A stretch of 64,000 bases of DNA from Lytechinus pictus. Its lineage: Eukaryota. Shown one piece after another: positions 48,783 to 62,261 of this stretch (positions are counted from its first letter, which is position 1; every line of letters begins with the position of its first letter). The stretch is from assembly GCF_037042905.1 (NCBI RefSeq), contig NC_087246.1:25048001-25112000 (forward strand), read 5' to 3'. The position numbers and the translations under genes are program-made. The notes below the pieces were generated by a model. That model saw only the letters and a program-made list of their open reading frames with translations. It had not been told where the DNA came from and ran no database searches.

Positions 48783-50234
48783 ACCATGATGATGGTGATG
48801 ATGATGATGGTGATGATGATGATGATGACGATAATGGTGGTGATGATGGTGATGATGATGATACTTATAATGGTGGTGATAGTGGTGAAGGTTGTAAGCT
48901 ACATTGTGAACGTGGGGATCATTACGTNNNNNNNNNNNNNNNNNNNNNNNNNNNNNNNNNNNNNNNNNNNNNNNNNNNNNNNNNNNNNNNNNNNNNNNNN
49001 NNNNNNNNNNNNNNNNNNNNNNNNNNNNNNNNNNNNNNNNNNNNNNNNNNNNNNNNNNNATAATGATAATGTTGATTGCGATGTTGATGATGATGATGAC
49101 TCATATAATGGTGGTGATAGTGGTGAAGGTTGTTACCTACATTGTGAACGAGGTGATCATTTGGAAAACATGATAACCAGTCCACTCTCATAATGTTTGT
49201 ACAACCTCACATTGCATCTTATAATGTTTACTAATTTTCATTGTATTATATTTGTGTTCAAACACCGGCTAGACATAGATGTAAACCCTATAACCCTGCA
49301 AGCAATAAATTTTCTTTATTCACGTGTTTGGCAAATCCATAACACGACACACCACCTTAATTAAATTAATTTAATCTGATGTTAGAGATTCTATATATAG
49401 CACCATTTCCATCATCAAAACATAATATCATCTTCATGATCTTTCTGTATTTAGTGATAACAAATCTCTTACATTCATATGAATGATGGCCCTGAATATA
49501 ATCATGACTTGTTTAAAAAAAAGTACGTCTGTGTCGTCTAGTTCACGATTTTGGTCGCAAATTGCGAGACTTTGGTCACTAATTCCACTATTGCAGTCGC
49601 AAATTATAGGACGTTTCGTCCGCAGGTCTGCAATTTATGTGGCAAAGTTCATCACCTTTCTCGTGAATCTTTCAATTTGGGTAATTTATCCCCCCCCCCT
49701 CCCCCTCTCACTTTCTCTCCCTCTCACCACACTCATCTACATGATTTCAGTTTCAGTTTTATTTTTACTCATTTCCAACAGAACAGTATACAAAATCCAA
49801 AGAAATGCAATTATGATAACAATTGAAGTATAATAAACAAACATGTAACATAACTTTATATGTCGTAATTATACATAAGAAACTTAGACTCCTCTCTATC
49901 AATCAGTATATCTATATATCTATCTATCTATCTATCTATATATCTGCACTTGGATAAGGTTCTCCGATCCTATCAGTTAACAACTCTGCACATTCCCACC
50001 TTCTACGAGCAAAAAAGATAAAATATAGAGAAATGACGGCCCCTTACAGCTGCATCTACTAAATGCTAAATAAAGTAACCTTATATCGCCATATACTAAG
50101 CATCTTACGGAAATCGCCCCATTTCAGAAATACTTACTTGATTTAAGGCAAAGGTCAACCACACGTCCAAAAATGATTATGTGGAAGACTAATTATTGAC
50201 ATTCATGTTAATCAGTTTTATCCTTTTTTGCAGA

Positions 50235-52089
50235 ATGACCAACATGGCTACCTCAAATTTCATTCTTATCTCATTACTGACGATGACAGCGACGATGACT
50301 ACCGTCGATGCTCAGTGCGGATCTGTCACCCTAGTCAACATCAGCTACACAGAGGATTTCGTTTACGTCTACGAAGGACTCCAGGCAAACTTCACATTGA
50401 TCATTGATGACGTAGTTAGCGATGGGATCCTCTCTTTCAGGTCAGATAGCCCACATCACTTCGAGTTGAAGGACCCAGAAGTGACCTTTAACCTGACTGT
50501 GGGTGGAGGTTATCCAATGAACATCACTTCGACTATCATTGGAAATGTGATATCAATCGAGGTAATGTGTTTTCCTTGGAATCGAAGACTATCATTTGGA
50601 AATCATGTTTTTGTAATGCCTGTTTATGCAAGAAACATGAGATTTGAATTGACTACTGGAAAATTACATATTTGAAAACGACAAAATGATACAAAAATTA
50701 TATTTCATCATTGTGTTTTTTGTTGTTTATTGTAATACAATTCTGTAAAAAAAGGTTTGAGAGATTTTCCAATGTGGCATCTAAAGAACCCTTAGTGCAA
50801 TGATTTGCCATCAGAATCTTCACCAAAAAATGCAAAATCAGTCTCGTCACTAACGGACCCAAGATTTGACATAAATATGACGACGAAGATTCAATTACAG
50901 TCCTGAATGTTGATTGACAAATGGGAAGATTAAAAAATTGGGTCACGATTGACCCCTAATAGTATCTCAATCTAGACAATGATACCAAAATATATATAAA
51001 ATACGTCGTAAACTTTAATGGTATTAAGCATTAAATCGTGAAATGTTATTTCGGCGGTGGAAGGACGCAGCGCGTCTTTTGGGTGCCGAAACCCTGTTCG
51101 GCTAATACTCTATATACAAATTACCATTTTTGTTCATATTTGTAATTGTCAATATTGGACATGGAATGAGATGATAACGAATGAGGTTTGTATGATTTTT
51201 TCAGGAAATGGAAATATTATTTACCCCAGATGGCTCAAATGGCGTCGTAGTTGTTGGTTCTCAAAGCGTAGGCGTCCGTCGTATTCCAAACATTCTGCAA
51301 TTGATTTACATCTACACTCTACTGGCATGGGTTGTGATTAGCTATATATCTATGGGTGGTAGCATGGATCTCAAAGCAATCTGGGAGAAAGTTCGACGCC
51401 CTTATGGTATCCTGATTGGTCTGTTCTGTCAGTTCATCATCATGCCTGCTCTTACTTTCGCCGTTGCCCGTCTCATTACTGGTAAATATTTGTTTAACCG
51501 TACACTGTTGGAAAATTTTTACTTTAAATAAAATTCCTGCAGCAGAGTCTCGAGAACACCTGTAATCTTAGTCCACTGTGTAATATTACATGCATTTGTG
51601 TAAAATTACAGAAACTAGATATTTGGTGTATGTAACCTTACAAATTTATTGTAATAAAACTGTTTCCCCCCTTTTTAAAACAGACATGTTCCATAAAATT
51701 ATATAAAAAATTGTATAAAATCTTTCCTGTTTTAACAATTTAAAGAATGATTTGGTTACTTCTTTCTGTAAAATTGTTTTTTAATTTTTCTTCTGTAAAA
51801 TCTTCTGGTTTTTTTTAACAGTGTAGGCAAAAAAATTGGTACCAGTTAAAATAAAACAATTAAACTTACAAGCACATGGATAAAAAATGGTGATGGGTGA
51901 TAATTTAAAGTTTGTTTGATTACACATATCATTTGAAATACGATAATGTTCTTAGCTGCGTTCGTGATATAATGTGAAAAGAAATTATGTCGTTCGTATC
52001 ATTTACAAGTATATTAATATTTATGATTTCCAGTCATTTCGATATGTTGTGTCAAATCACAATGACCCCATCAAACAATTTCTCTGGAC

Positions 52090-52123
<34 letters not shown>

Positions 52124-55100
52124 CTTTCAGATGAGCCTACAGCAGCAATTGGTATCGTCTTGGTCGGCACATGTCCTGGCGGATGGTTAAGTAATATCTT
52201 CAGCGTTCTTCTCGATGTCGATTACACCTTGAGCGTGACCATGACATTCTTCTCCTCCATCATCGCGCTCGGTATGATGCCCCTCAATCTCCTCATCTAC
52301 GCCACGCCCTTTACTGGTGGTGATGCACGACTGGGCACACCATATGTCGACCTCGTCCAGCAGCTCGTCATCCTCATCCTACCCGTCTTCCTCGGGATAG
52401 GCCTCTCCTATAAATTCAAGAAGTGAGTGTTTCATTTATGCTATTAAACCATATACACACTGGTGAATTTACTGTATACATGGATCATATGGGTGTCACG
52501 TGTATGAAAATATAGATCTTTTCATTAATATCTAGGTGAGTTCAATTTATGGCAGGCCTAAGTTATATAATCAGGCTCTTCCGGTGTTCCGTGTTACTTT
52601 CTTTTCTGATTTCTAAATATGATTCCTTATTCGTTCGCTATCTGATACGAATGGTTCATCATTTCATAAAGTAAAACGCACAAGATATTTTTGAAACATG
52701 AATTATCCCTCCTCTAAAACAAGCAGATTATATGGATGTCACATTATGAACCATTTGTGATTTTAAATGATAGTCACTCCAGTTGGAAGTCGTTTGTTTG
52801 TAAATATATACCATTCACATGACACATGATGACATAATCCATTCCAATATCGCTGAATCATTTTCACGCATCTTATAAAGTCAATTGACTTTCTAAATTA
52901 ATGCATGGGCGGAGCGGGGGTATTCTGTTAGTGGGTAAGACGGTAAGGAGGCCCAAAGATGACGTTATCTTTTTTCTCAATTGAAAAAAAAAAATCATAA
53001 GAGTTACACGATCTAATCCTCTCTGTCTGTTATTCATCTGTCTTCCCTCCCCCTCTCGTTTTCCTGTTTTCCCCACTACTTGAATAATTATAATCGAGGT
53101 GGCAACCCCTGAACCCCTTGCTTCACCACATCTTGAATCGATGATTGCATAATTTCTCATCAACAAGCTTACATTTATGGATTATGTATCATCGTTTTAC
53201 ACAGATTCAGGAAGTTTTGTGATAAAGTCATTAAACCGATCTCAGCCCTTCTCATCATATGTGGAGTGTCGCTTGGTGTCCCAGCAGACCTCTATGCCTA
53301 CACTACATCACCACTCGAGGTAAGGTCTAAAATGTGTATAATGTTGCCGGTATATTGCTATCCATTTAACCGCCATCCTGATTATGAATCCGGGGATAAA
53401 TCCTACCCCCTCCCCCATTCTACATACTCTCCTTCTCTGCACTGCAAAAACACCGGTGTTGATTTAACACCAGCCCGGAATCTATGTCCACACCAGAGAA
53501 GTGTTAAACTACACCAGTTTGGTTTTGGTCTAACACCAGATAGGTGTTCATACAACGCAAATTAGTATTAAAACAGAACGGGTTTGATTAAAGAGTGGTG
53601 TTGATTCATTACTTCTCTGGTGTGGACATATATAGATTCTGGGCTGGTGTTAAATCAACACCGGAGTTTTTGCAGTGTGTCTCTATATCTGCCTGTCTCT
53701 GATTCACCTCCTCCTTACCCCTCTCTCCATCCCACTCTACTCTCTCTATCTTTCCCCCTCTCATTCTTTCTATCTACTACATCCCAAAATATCTGCTTGT
53801 TCATTTTCATCCATATACCTCTACCCCCTTTTCATTTATTCCTCTCTTCTGAATCTAAAGGATTTACAAGAGAAAATGTTTTAGTGTCGAACTAATCATC
53901 AGAAAATTGCCTCTTTGACTCTCTGTCGGTGTGTAGAGAGTATAAACATAGTTTTGAATTCAATTCCTTGTAAAGACATACTGATACAAAGATATATAGG
54001 TGTCTGGGTAGTATGAATGATCTACAAACTACACAAAGATGTGTAATTTATATGAACTTGTAAACTCTTTGCACGGAGGTAAAAAAAAATATATACGGCG
54101 ATGTAAAATGTAAGTGCGATAAGGTCTACTTACAAGCTAACAGATAACAAACCAGACCCAACGATGTACGTAAGCAGGGGTTCAAGTCTAGTTGTACTAC
54201 CAAATAATCTTTAGATATCTTCTTTCATACAAAATGCTAAATGCTCCTGCTTCATTTCTAGTCACCATTCAGTGTTACAAATTATCGTGAATTTCTTAAT
54301 GTCACTTTCTTGTCAGTGAGGTGTTACGTTGATTTCGATTTATTTTTGACAATTCTAATTGAATTATTCGACATTGAGTGGTATTCTTTTTTAAATAAGT
54401 TTTTATTGGGTTTTCATGATTTTGTGTAACAAATCACGTATAGAAAATAAAAGTAATTTGAAAAAATAGCAGCATAAACATTAATAGTTTACATTAGAAA
54501 AAGTACAGCTTATCAACAGATAATAAGTGATAAACATGACTTAAAAGCAGTCACTCTGTCTCTTCTAAGTATTCCTCACCCCCTATAATATATTAAAGGC
54601 AAGAATGTAATAACAGAGGGATAAAAATCAGGTGATTTACCTATTATTAGAGATTATCAAATTTCCAACCTCAGAAGGCATATTAAGATATTCTTCAGTT
54701 ACAAAAATTAATAATGATAGAATATCTTACAACTTAAATCTCCATTTCCGAAAATGGCTTGCAAGTTTATTATTTTTCTTGGCAATACGATATTCAATAT
54801 CCTTGTCAGAGGTCAAACATGCTTTATAACCGTCAAAAGTTGGTGGTTTGTTCTGAAATTTACAAATATGAATATAATATTTAAGCAAAAGAAACAAATA
54901 TGTAAGGAATTTATCATAAATATAACCGAACATATTTTCAAATTTTGAAACATTCTGTAAATCAGGCTTTTTGGTTTCCTTAATAATAGGTTTCATAACT
55001 TCATCCCAAATGGGTGGTATCTTAATAATCAAACCTATAGGTTTAACCATATTCTAAACTAGAAAATTTAAACCAGACTTCTATAGAATGCTGAGATTCA

Positions 55101-56437
55101 TAATATGTCTTCCATATTTTTGCAATTATATTTATTAATTCATTAAATTTCATAATAGTTGTTGGTTCAAAAATAATGCATTTTCCTATTTATCCGATTT
55201 CACGACTGACTTATGTTTGACAACTTTTTGCAAAAGGATATAAGAATAATTTTTAATTGGTGAATGAGTTGACGAGTATGGTCTAAGTTAACCCATGTTT
55301 TACTAAACCATGACTATTCAGAAAACCACTCCATCGACTTTTCAATTATACTTTGATTCTATTCTTTGTTTTTTGCAATCAGAATTGGATCGCCAGTATG
55401 ATCACCCCAGTCTTCGGAGCATTCTTCGGTCTCGCCTTCGCTCGTATCTTCGCTCGCGATGTCCGGACATCGATCACCATCTCGTTGGAGACGGGTGTTC
55501 AGAATGCTCTCCTTGGCCGTACCATCGTCGCTCTCTTCTACCCTCAGCCGGAGGCTGATCTTATTGCTCGAGTTCAACTCACATTCGTCATGGTGACTCT
55601 CGTCGAAGGGACGCTAGCCTCTATCATCTATTCATTATTCAGGTAGGTCTTTGAAGTGCTTTGAATGAACAAATGTAAATTATTTATTTGCCTTGTTTTC
55701 TACCATTCTAACTTTTTTAAGGGTACGTTACTGCATTAGTTTCTCTCTCTCTCTCTCTCTTTTCTTATCTTACTCCACCCCTTCTCTCTCTCTTCTTATT
55801 TCTCCACTTTCCCTTTCATTCTTTACTCCACAATGTATTTTCCATATTTTTGGCTCTTCGAATGAAGTATATAATTTTTGTGTGTGTCCCATCTCCTTGA
55901 TTGCTGATTTAATAATATTTTAAAGGAACCTACAGACTTTACAAGTTCTGCTTTTTATGCAGGTTCCATCATATTTCATATTCATTTATTGTCATTGTTA
56001 TAATCTACTGTCATTCTTTGCTATACTGAATTACTTTGCCACACTATTAGTATAATCAGAATAATATTATCTTGTATTGTGTTGATATGTTGTTCTTTGT
56101 TTTGAGAAATATGAGAAGAAATTCAAATCAAATAAAATATGATTTTTAAATTAAAAAGACGTTAAAATTAGTTTATTCTCCCCTCCCTCCTCCCAAACCA
56201 TATTTTGAATGTAAAGGAGATACTTTAATAAACGTGTTCTCTTCGCAATGTCTATGATCCAGGTATTTTTGTTGCCGCAAGCAGTGTGACAAGATGATGC
56301 CGAAAGAGGATGATGTCAAGGATGAGGAGGCTGTGGTAGTCGATGACATCGAACCCAAGATTGGTCATGAGAGCAATGGTAACACGCCCAACCCAATCGG
56401 AGTTGAGAATGCGGGCTTTGAGATTTCTGATAATTAG
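50235..56437 (+). CDS. SLC10 family transporter B, 6 coding exons, about 481 aa: 50235-50561, 51205-51481, 52131-52422, 53205-53319, 55383-55642, 56263-56437
   Basis: GT-AG introns are in phase and the exons sum to 1446 nt. The protein has a signal peptide, RRPYGILIGLFCQFIIMP, GTCPGGWLSN, LETGVQN and YPQPEADL. The start could instead be the ATG at 50244. Confidence 0.9.
51503..51823. mobile_element. CACTG-terminated MITE with TA flanks
   Basis: TA|CACTGTTGGAAAA ... TTTTTTAACAGTG|TA, with internal TTCTGTAAAAT repeats. Confidence 0.6.
53440..53677. mobile_element. CACTG-terminated (CMC/EnSpm-like) MITE with a 2-bp TG TSD
   Basis: About 60-bp inverted arms CACTGCAAAAACACCGGTGTTGATTTAACACCAGCCC / GGGCTGGTGTTAAATCAACACCGGAGTTTTTGCAGTG. 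Confidence 0.8.
54387..55100 (-). mobile_element. 3' fragment of an L1/Tx1-like LINE in intron 4 of SLC10-B
   Basis: Minus ORF 54727-55050 ends LLLKYYIHICK..PTF..EYRIAKKNNKLASHFRKW, typical of an L1/Tx1 ORF2 C-terminus. AATAAA and a short A tail follow at about 54407-54387. Confidence 0.6.
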
Positions 56438-57927
56438 GCCGATGATGACTATATCCAGCTAAAAATGTATAAGAGTATACTTGACGCGCTGACTGTATTC
56501 TTTTGTTAAAAAGTTGTTGATGGATTTTGCATGTTGTAGATGGATTTTTTTCAATTGATTGTTGGCGATTGTTTTTACAAACCTTCTAAATATTCATCAT
56601 CATTGGCATTAACATTATAAATGTGTATTTAAAATCGCCGTTGTGCGTGGCGTTCGCTTTGGGATGTAATTTCTATAGCTAACTTCCATTTTCACTTGAG
56701 ATTGTTGCATGTAGGTTCATTAAATATTTGTAAGTCTAATTTTGAAGCGGATATGTAAAGTAATATTTATATTTCATAAACTATGCATTGAATACGGCTT
56801 ACTAATTTATTATTCATTGTTCTATTTTTGTACATCAAAGGGGACACAGAAAATAAGGCATTATAATTTACATCTCCGAATTTCGAAGCAAGTTTCTTTT
56901 CTCTTAACAAAATTTAACCCATAGTCTTTCATATTTCTATCTTTTATGTAAGGTATTTGGTTTCAATTGTTTTATAATAATCTAATTGGTGACTTATAAA
57001 GAAGTACTTATAATGAATAGTCTGAAATTGTAATTTTGAAATAGTATTGTAATGATATTTTCTAGAATTCAATGTTTAAAGTTCACATCCAACCTAGAGT
57101 GCTATTAAACATTCTTAAAATTTTTACTCTTTATTATAATAAATCGTTTGGGAAGGGGAAACAGCAACTATAATTTCTTGTACAGTTATTTGACAATATG
57201 TATATATTTGTTTCGTGTTGTATATCATAACTCTTGTATAGTATTAGTAGGGTCCATGTATGATAATAAATAAAGGGAATGTAGTGAAATATTTGCATAA
57301 AAAGTTTATCAGTTTTTAATCACTCTTACTTCTATACCCCCATCACTCTCACTTTCTTTACCTCTTCCCTCTCCCCAGTCAAGCTCTGATGGGGTTAAGA
57401 ATCTACCATCACCCCCCCCCCACACACACACACACACACACACACAATGTTCCTCAATCCAGTAGTTTGTGTTAAAATCGTTGCAACAACTTCAACATCA
57501 ATATTATCGTTATCGAAAATCGCCTTGATAGCTGATCGACTACACTTTTTACGCGCTAAATCTATTCCTGCAAATAGGAAAGAAATTATTGCACCGTATC
57601 CAAAAACTATACACCCCTTGAACATAGCCACACGACGTCACGGCCTCCTCATCTTCACTTCTCTTCTATTCATCTGAACCACTTTTTATTTCTCCCTTCT
57701 CTCTATCTCACCTCTTTTATATCATTTTCTGTCATCATCACACGCTCCCACACGTACACGCACCCACATCCGCGCACACACATTCACAAATCCCCAATAT
57801 ACAGACTCTCCCTCTTTCTCCGACAAACCATTTCATGGAACACCCCCCCCCCCTCCCGAGGGGGAATGTTCAACGTTCTTCTTAAAACATATTTATTCCA
57901 AACGCGTCTAGCGACATAAGCTGAACG

Positions 57928-58685
57928 GGGCGGTATTCTGAACATTGTCTTTTCTCCATATTTTATCTTTTCTCAGAGATATGACAAAATCGGTATTCTG
58001 GTGGATGTCATAACTTTTGTCACAAAAATTGTCATAAATTTCGTCTCTTCTCTTTAGCGCGCACCAAAAATACGCGGCTTTAAATGCGCGTAATCCTTTT
58101 ATACAATTAAGCAAAAGATATGACAAAAGTTATGACAGGGGGGTAGCAGTCATAAATTTTGTCATATCTTTTAGTACCAAATATCTCGATACCCTGCCGA
58201 CTTAATAACAAGCATATGATGATATCATTTAGATTAGATTGTGGTATTAGTTTCACTCATCATCCATGACAATTTTCAATATTATATTTTCATGCTACAA
58301 TTAGTTAGGCCCTACATATTGATTCCTCCTTTTTTTTCTCTGTTTTCCTTCTTTTTCTACTTCTCCTCTAAAATCCTTCACAGCTCCCTGTCTCTCTTTG
58401 TAATTAAGCGCATCGATATTCGCGTAGTTGCGCGATGCCAACTGCATTGGGGATACGCCCTACCTGTCACGGGGCCTTCCTATTGGCTAGAATGGCTCCC
58501 ACTGGGAACTAACGATGATTTTGATTGGTTTGCTTCCGAAAAGATGGGCGGGAACTTATAGAGATATGACAGGGAAAAGACAATGTTCAGAATACCGATT
58601 TGTGACAATCATAGCGGTGTCACATCTCGGAGAGAAATGACAAAATTTATGACAAAAGTTATAACAGTGTTCCAGAATACCACCC
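57928..58685. mobile_element. MITE with GGGCGGTATTCTG termini
   Basis: GGGCGGTATTCTG ... CAGAATACCACCC, with internal inverted CGGTATTCTGAACATTGTCTTTT / AAAAGACAATGTTCAGAATACCG and ATGACAAAA repeats. Confidence 0.65.
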
Positions 58686-60634
58686 TGTTCGGTCATTCGA
58701 TTTAAAAAATGATTAAATATTATTGTGAACGAAATAACCTCTCGATATTATTTCAAGTAAAACATACTTGAAATGGTGTTAAAAATATTTGGACTGTAAA
58801 ATGAAATCACATAAGTACCGCCTGTTAAAAGGCCACATAAAATGGAATTTTATTCAAATTTACGAATTGATATAATACAACAGACTGGCACAATATGGAA
58901 AATGCAGCAAGTAAAAGAAAAAAAATCAGTATTACAACATATCAACACAGTATAATTCTGAATATATTTTTGTAAGCTATACAGTCAAAACTTATGTTTA
59001 TTGATGTTTGTTTCTATTTTGATAAAAGCTACAATCAATAAGTGACATATTTTGTAAAGTTTGGTTCATGTACTTTTATTGAAATATGCCACTCAGATAA
59101 ATGTTTCAGGTATGGGCAAATATAGACAATATTGGGATTTTTTAATCTTAGATGATTAACCCTACTCAAAACCTGAAAAAAACTTATATTTTTAACCCCC
59201 CTTACATTTTGTTGTTTGAATTTTAGAAATACTGAAATATAAGTACGTATTCAACTGCCATTGTTCGCATTTGTGAGCATTGCTATACAGTATTCGAAGG
59301 CACATACTTAATTCCCTTGCCCCTCCCATACTCTCCCTCGCACAGTTACCCACACCAGAAACTTTTCAGGAGCAGTAGAAAACCAAATCGGTATCACGAC
59401 ACTTTTTCCAGCGACATTTGCTCCATTCTTAATATTTCACAGGGCATGGGGTTAGAGATTTAGATTTTAGATTTATTTATTCCGTTCAAAATTTTTTCAA
59501 AATATAATCAAAATAACAATACATATTCAATATAATCGATAATACAGACAAATCAATGAAATTTCGTAACGAATGTTGAACATAAATTAAACAAAACTAC
59601 AATTTGTTGCAGTAATTTTATCAATGAAGAGAAACAAGAAATGAACGGAGGTACTTGCCAAGAAAAGCAAAAGCTTGTAGAGAAGGCAAGCCCCTAAACT
59701 TAGTTTCAATACTTTCAAGAGTTAGGATTGTCATAGAGTTCCTGGTTCAGAACCGTGTAAATACAAGGATTCTGGTTTAATAATCAGTTTTAGAGGGTAG
59801 CTTCTATGTTTGGCTTAATGGTACAGATTTTTCATAGGAGCAACTATCGCCGGAGCAAATGTCATGGAACATTAAATCCGGGCCTGAAAATTAAATATAG
59901 TTGGGTCAAATAAGTTTTTGGTCTAACCAGTCTCAGCATTCATTGAAATACACATACGTTTCAAAATAAAAGGGCCCATGTGTATGTATCAGCTGCCAGT
60001 AATAAATTAAAAAAACATTTTAATCAAACAGAATATCTTACTTTCATTTTTTATTTATTTTTACGGACGTACAATTACATAGTCCCCACATAATTTCTAC
60101 AAAAGTATTAATGTACGTAATGCTCTCTTCTGTTGCAAATAAATCCAATAATGTATATACTTTTGTGTAAATCATACCCGATAAATATACACCTGTGTAA
60201 CGTACTGGAATACATTATAAACCCCTCAAAAAAGTTTGGAAATCTGAGTTTGGCCATTAACTTCTCCCAACTCCCAATTTTACACAATGCATCTTTGACA
60301 TCATTTAAAAGATCATTTAATTCTCTTTAAAATGATACCATGCTTGTTATGATCATGCCATCACGAAAAGAGCAGGATTCAAAAGTGTTGGAAAAGGTCT
60401 GAATTGAAAAGCTGCAAAACGAGCAGAAATAGTCATTAAGGGTCAATACAGAACATGATTCTTTTGTCTGTGTCAATAGAGGTGAAATCCTTTCAAACCA
60501 ATCCCCTGCTTCTCATTTTTTATGTTCTGTTGTGGTTTATGTAGTGATGTTTTTTTGTGTGTGTGTTTGCTTGTGCAGAGGTGTGTTTGATTCCATGTTA
60601 ATGTTGATGTTAAGGTGCATGAAAACAATTAATA

Positions 60635-61108
60635 GAAACCGCTGAGAAACTCACTCATCACCACGGAAAAAAGAACAGTGATTTTCAATATTGTGTCATT
60701 TTACAACTTTTGAATTCTGACCTTGCCCCATATTTTAAGGCACTGCACCTCCATGTGAACCATACTCATATCATGTAAAGTATAATTTTAAAGAGAATTA
60801 AATTATCTATTCATTGATGTTAATAACACATGGATATTTACTAAAACTGAGGAGGGATTATCGATCAAAGTAAAAAAGAAACCGCTGAGAATCTCACTCA
60901 TCACCAAGGAAAAAAGAACAGTGACTTTCAACATTGTGTCATTTTGCAACTTTTGAATTTTGACCTTGCCCTACATTTCAAGGCACTGCACTTCCATGTG
61001 AAACTTAATCATATCATGTAGGGTATCATTTTAAAGAAAATTAAATTATCTATTCAGTAATATTAATTACACATTGATATTTACCGAGGAGGGATTATCG
61101 ATCAAAGT
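60635..61108. repeat. Tandem duplication, period about 243 bp, next to a gap
   Basis: GAAACCGCTGAGAA.CTCACTCATCACCA.GGAAAAAAGAACAGTGA starts at both 60635 and 60878, with scattered substitutions between the copies. Confidence 0.8.
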
Positions 61109-62261
61109 CAGATTTCCANNNNNNNNNNNNNNNNNNNNNNNNNNNNNNNNNNNNNNNNNNNNNNNNNNNNNNNNNNNNNNNNNNNNNNNNNNNNNNNNNN
61201 NNNNNNNNNNNNNNNNNNNNNNNNNNNNNNNNNNNNNNNNNNNNNNNNNNNNNNNNNNNNNNNNNNNNATACAGTCATTTATATAACTGGATAAGGTGAG
61301 TGCACTAAAACAAATTAGTGAAGATGGTGTTCAGAGAATACATAAAATGCGGAGATAGAGAAAGAGGGAGGGAGGGTAGGGGAAAAGATAGAGAGAGTGA
61401 GGGAAAATTGAAAGAAAGAAAGTGATGGATGAGGAAGGGAGAGGAAGAGAGAGAAAGACAGAGTCAGATAGACAGAGGTAGAGAAAGAGTGAGAGCATGG
61501 TAGGGAACATGAGGGGAGAGAGGAAGAAGAGAGAGAGGGAGAAAGAAAGAGGGTGTGTGTGTGTGTGGGGGGGGGGTCCATCAGTTAGTCATATCAATGT
61601 TCGATATGGAGGAAAAGGGTTATCTGTTCACTGCACCTGCTATGCAAAATTTGCCATACCTACCCCCCCCCCCCCTTCCAAAAAAAGAAAAAAGGGCATG
61701 TTCAATTGAATATTAAAAAAAGACAATATCACACAAACATTAAACTGACATTTTATTTTAAGGATGGATGAAGGCCTATGATTAAAACTTTTACAAAACA
61801 TTTTTGTACAACTCAGAGAGTAGCCCTATGCACAATATGAAAGTGATAATATCATGCACTCATAATTCATTTTGTATTTTGTAACATAGAATATAAACGC
61901 AGTGGATGATATATCATGTCGTAAGTGTTCTTTCATTTGCATGTAAATTAGGTTACGCATTTTTAGCAAAACTGACATGATCTTTCCCAATTCACACCCG
62001 AATTTAATGACTATAATTGTGTAATTCTATTGTCATATATTTTATATCAACGTTTTGATAATTTTTTTTTTGGTTTTACAGATATCAGGGAAATACGAAA
62101 GGGGTATTTGAAAAAAAGAAAGGGAAATCAAAAAAGAAAGAAAAATAATGCAGCATTATGCAGCAATTATGTCGAGTATAAATGTTGATGATTCCTGTAA
62201 ACATATACGTAAAAAGAATGAAGTAAGTACTGTAGGCATGTTATCACTGATCAGCTCCATA

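Noticed and set aside
47557-49193. Long ORFs of 282, 220 and 133 aa
   Set aside because: They are artefacts of N runs and (GAT/GGT)n repeats.
60635-61118. Functional significance of the 243-bp tandem duplication
   Set aside because: It is non-coding, repeat-like and abuts an assembly gap, so it cannot be separated from internal TE repeats or assembly effects.
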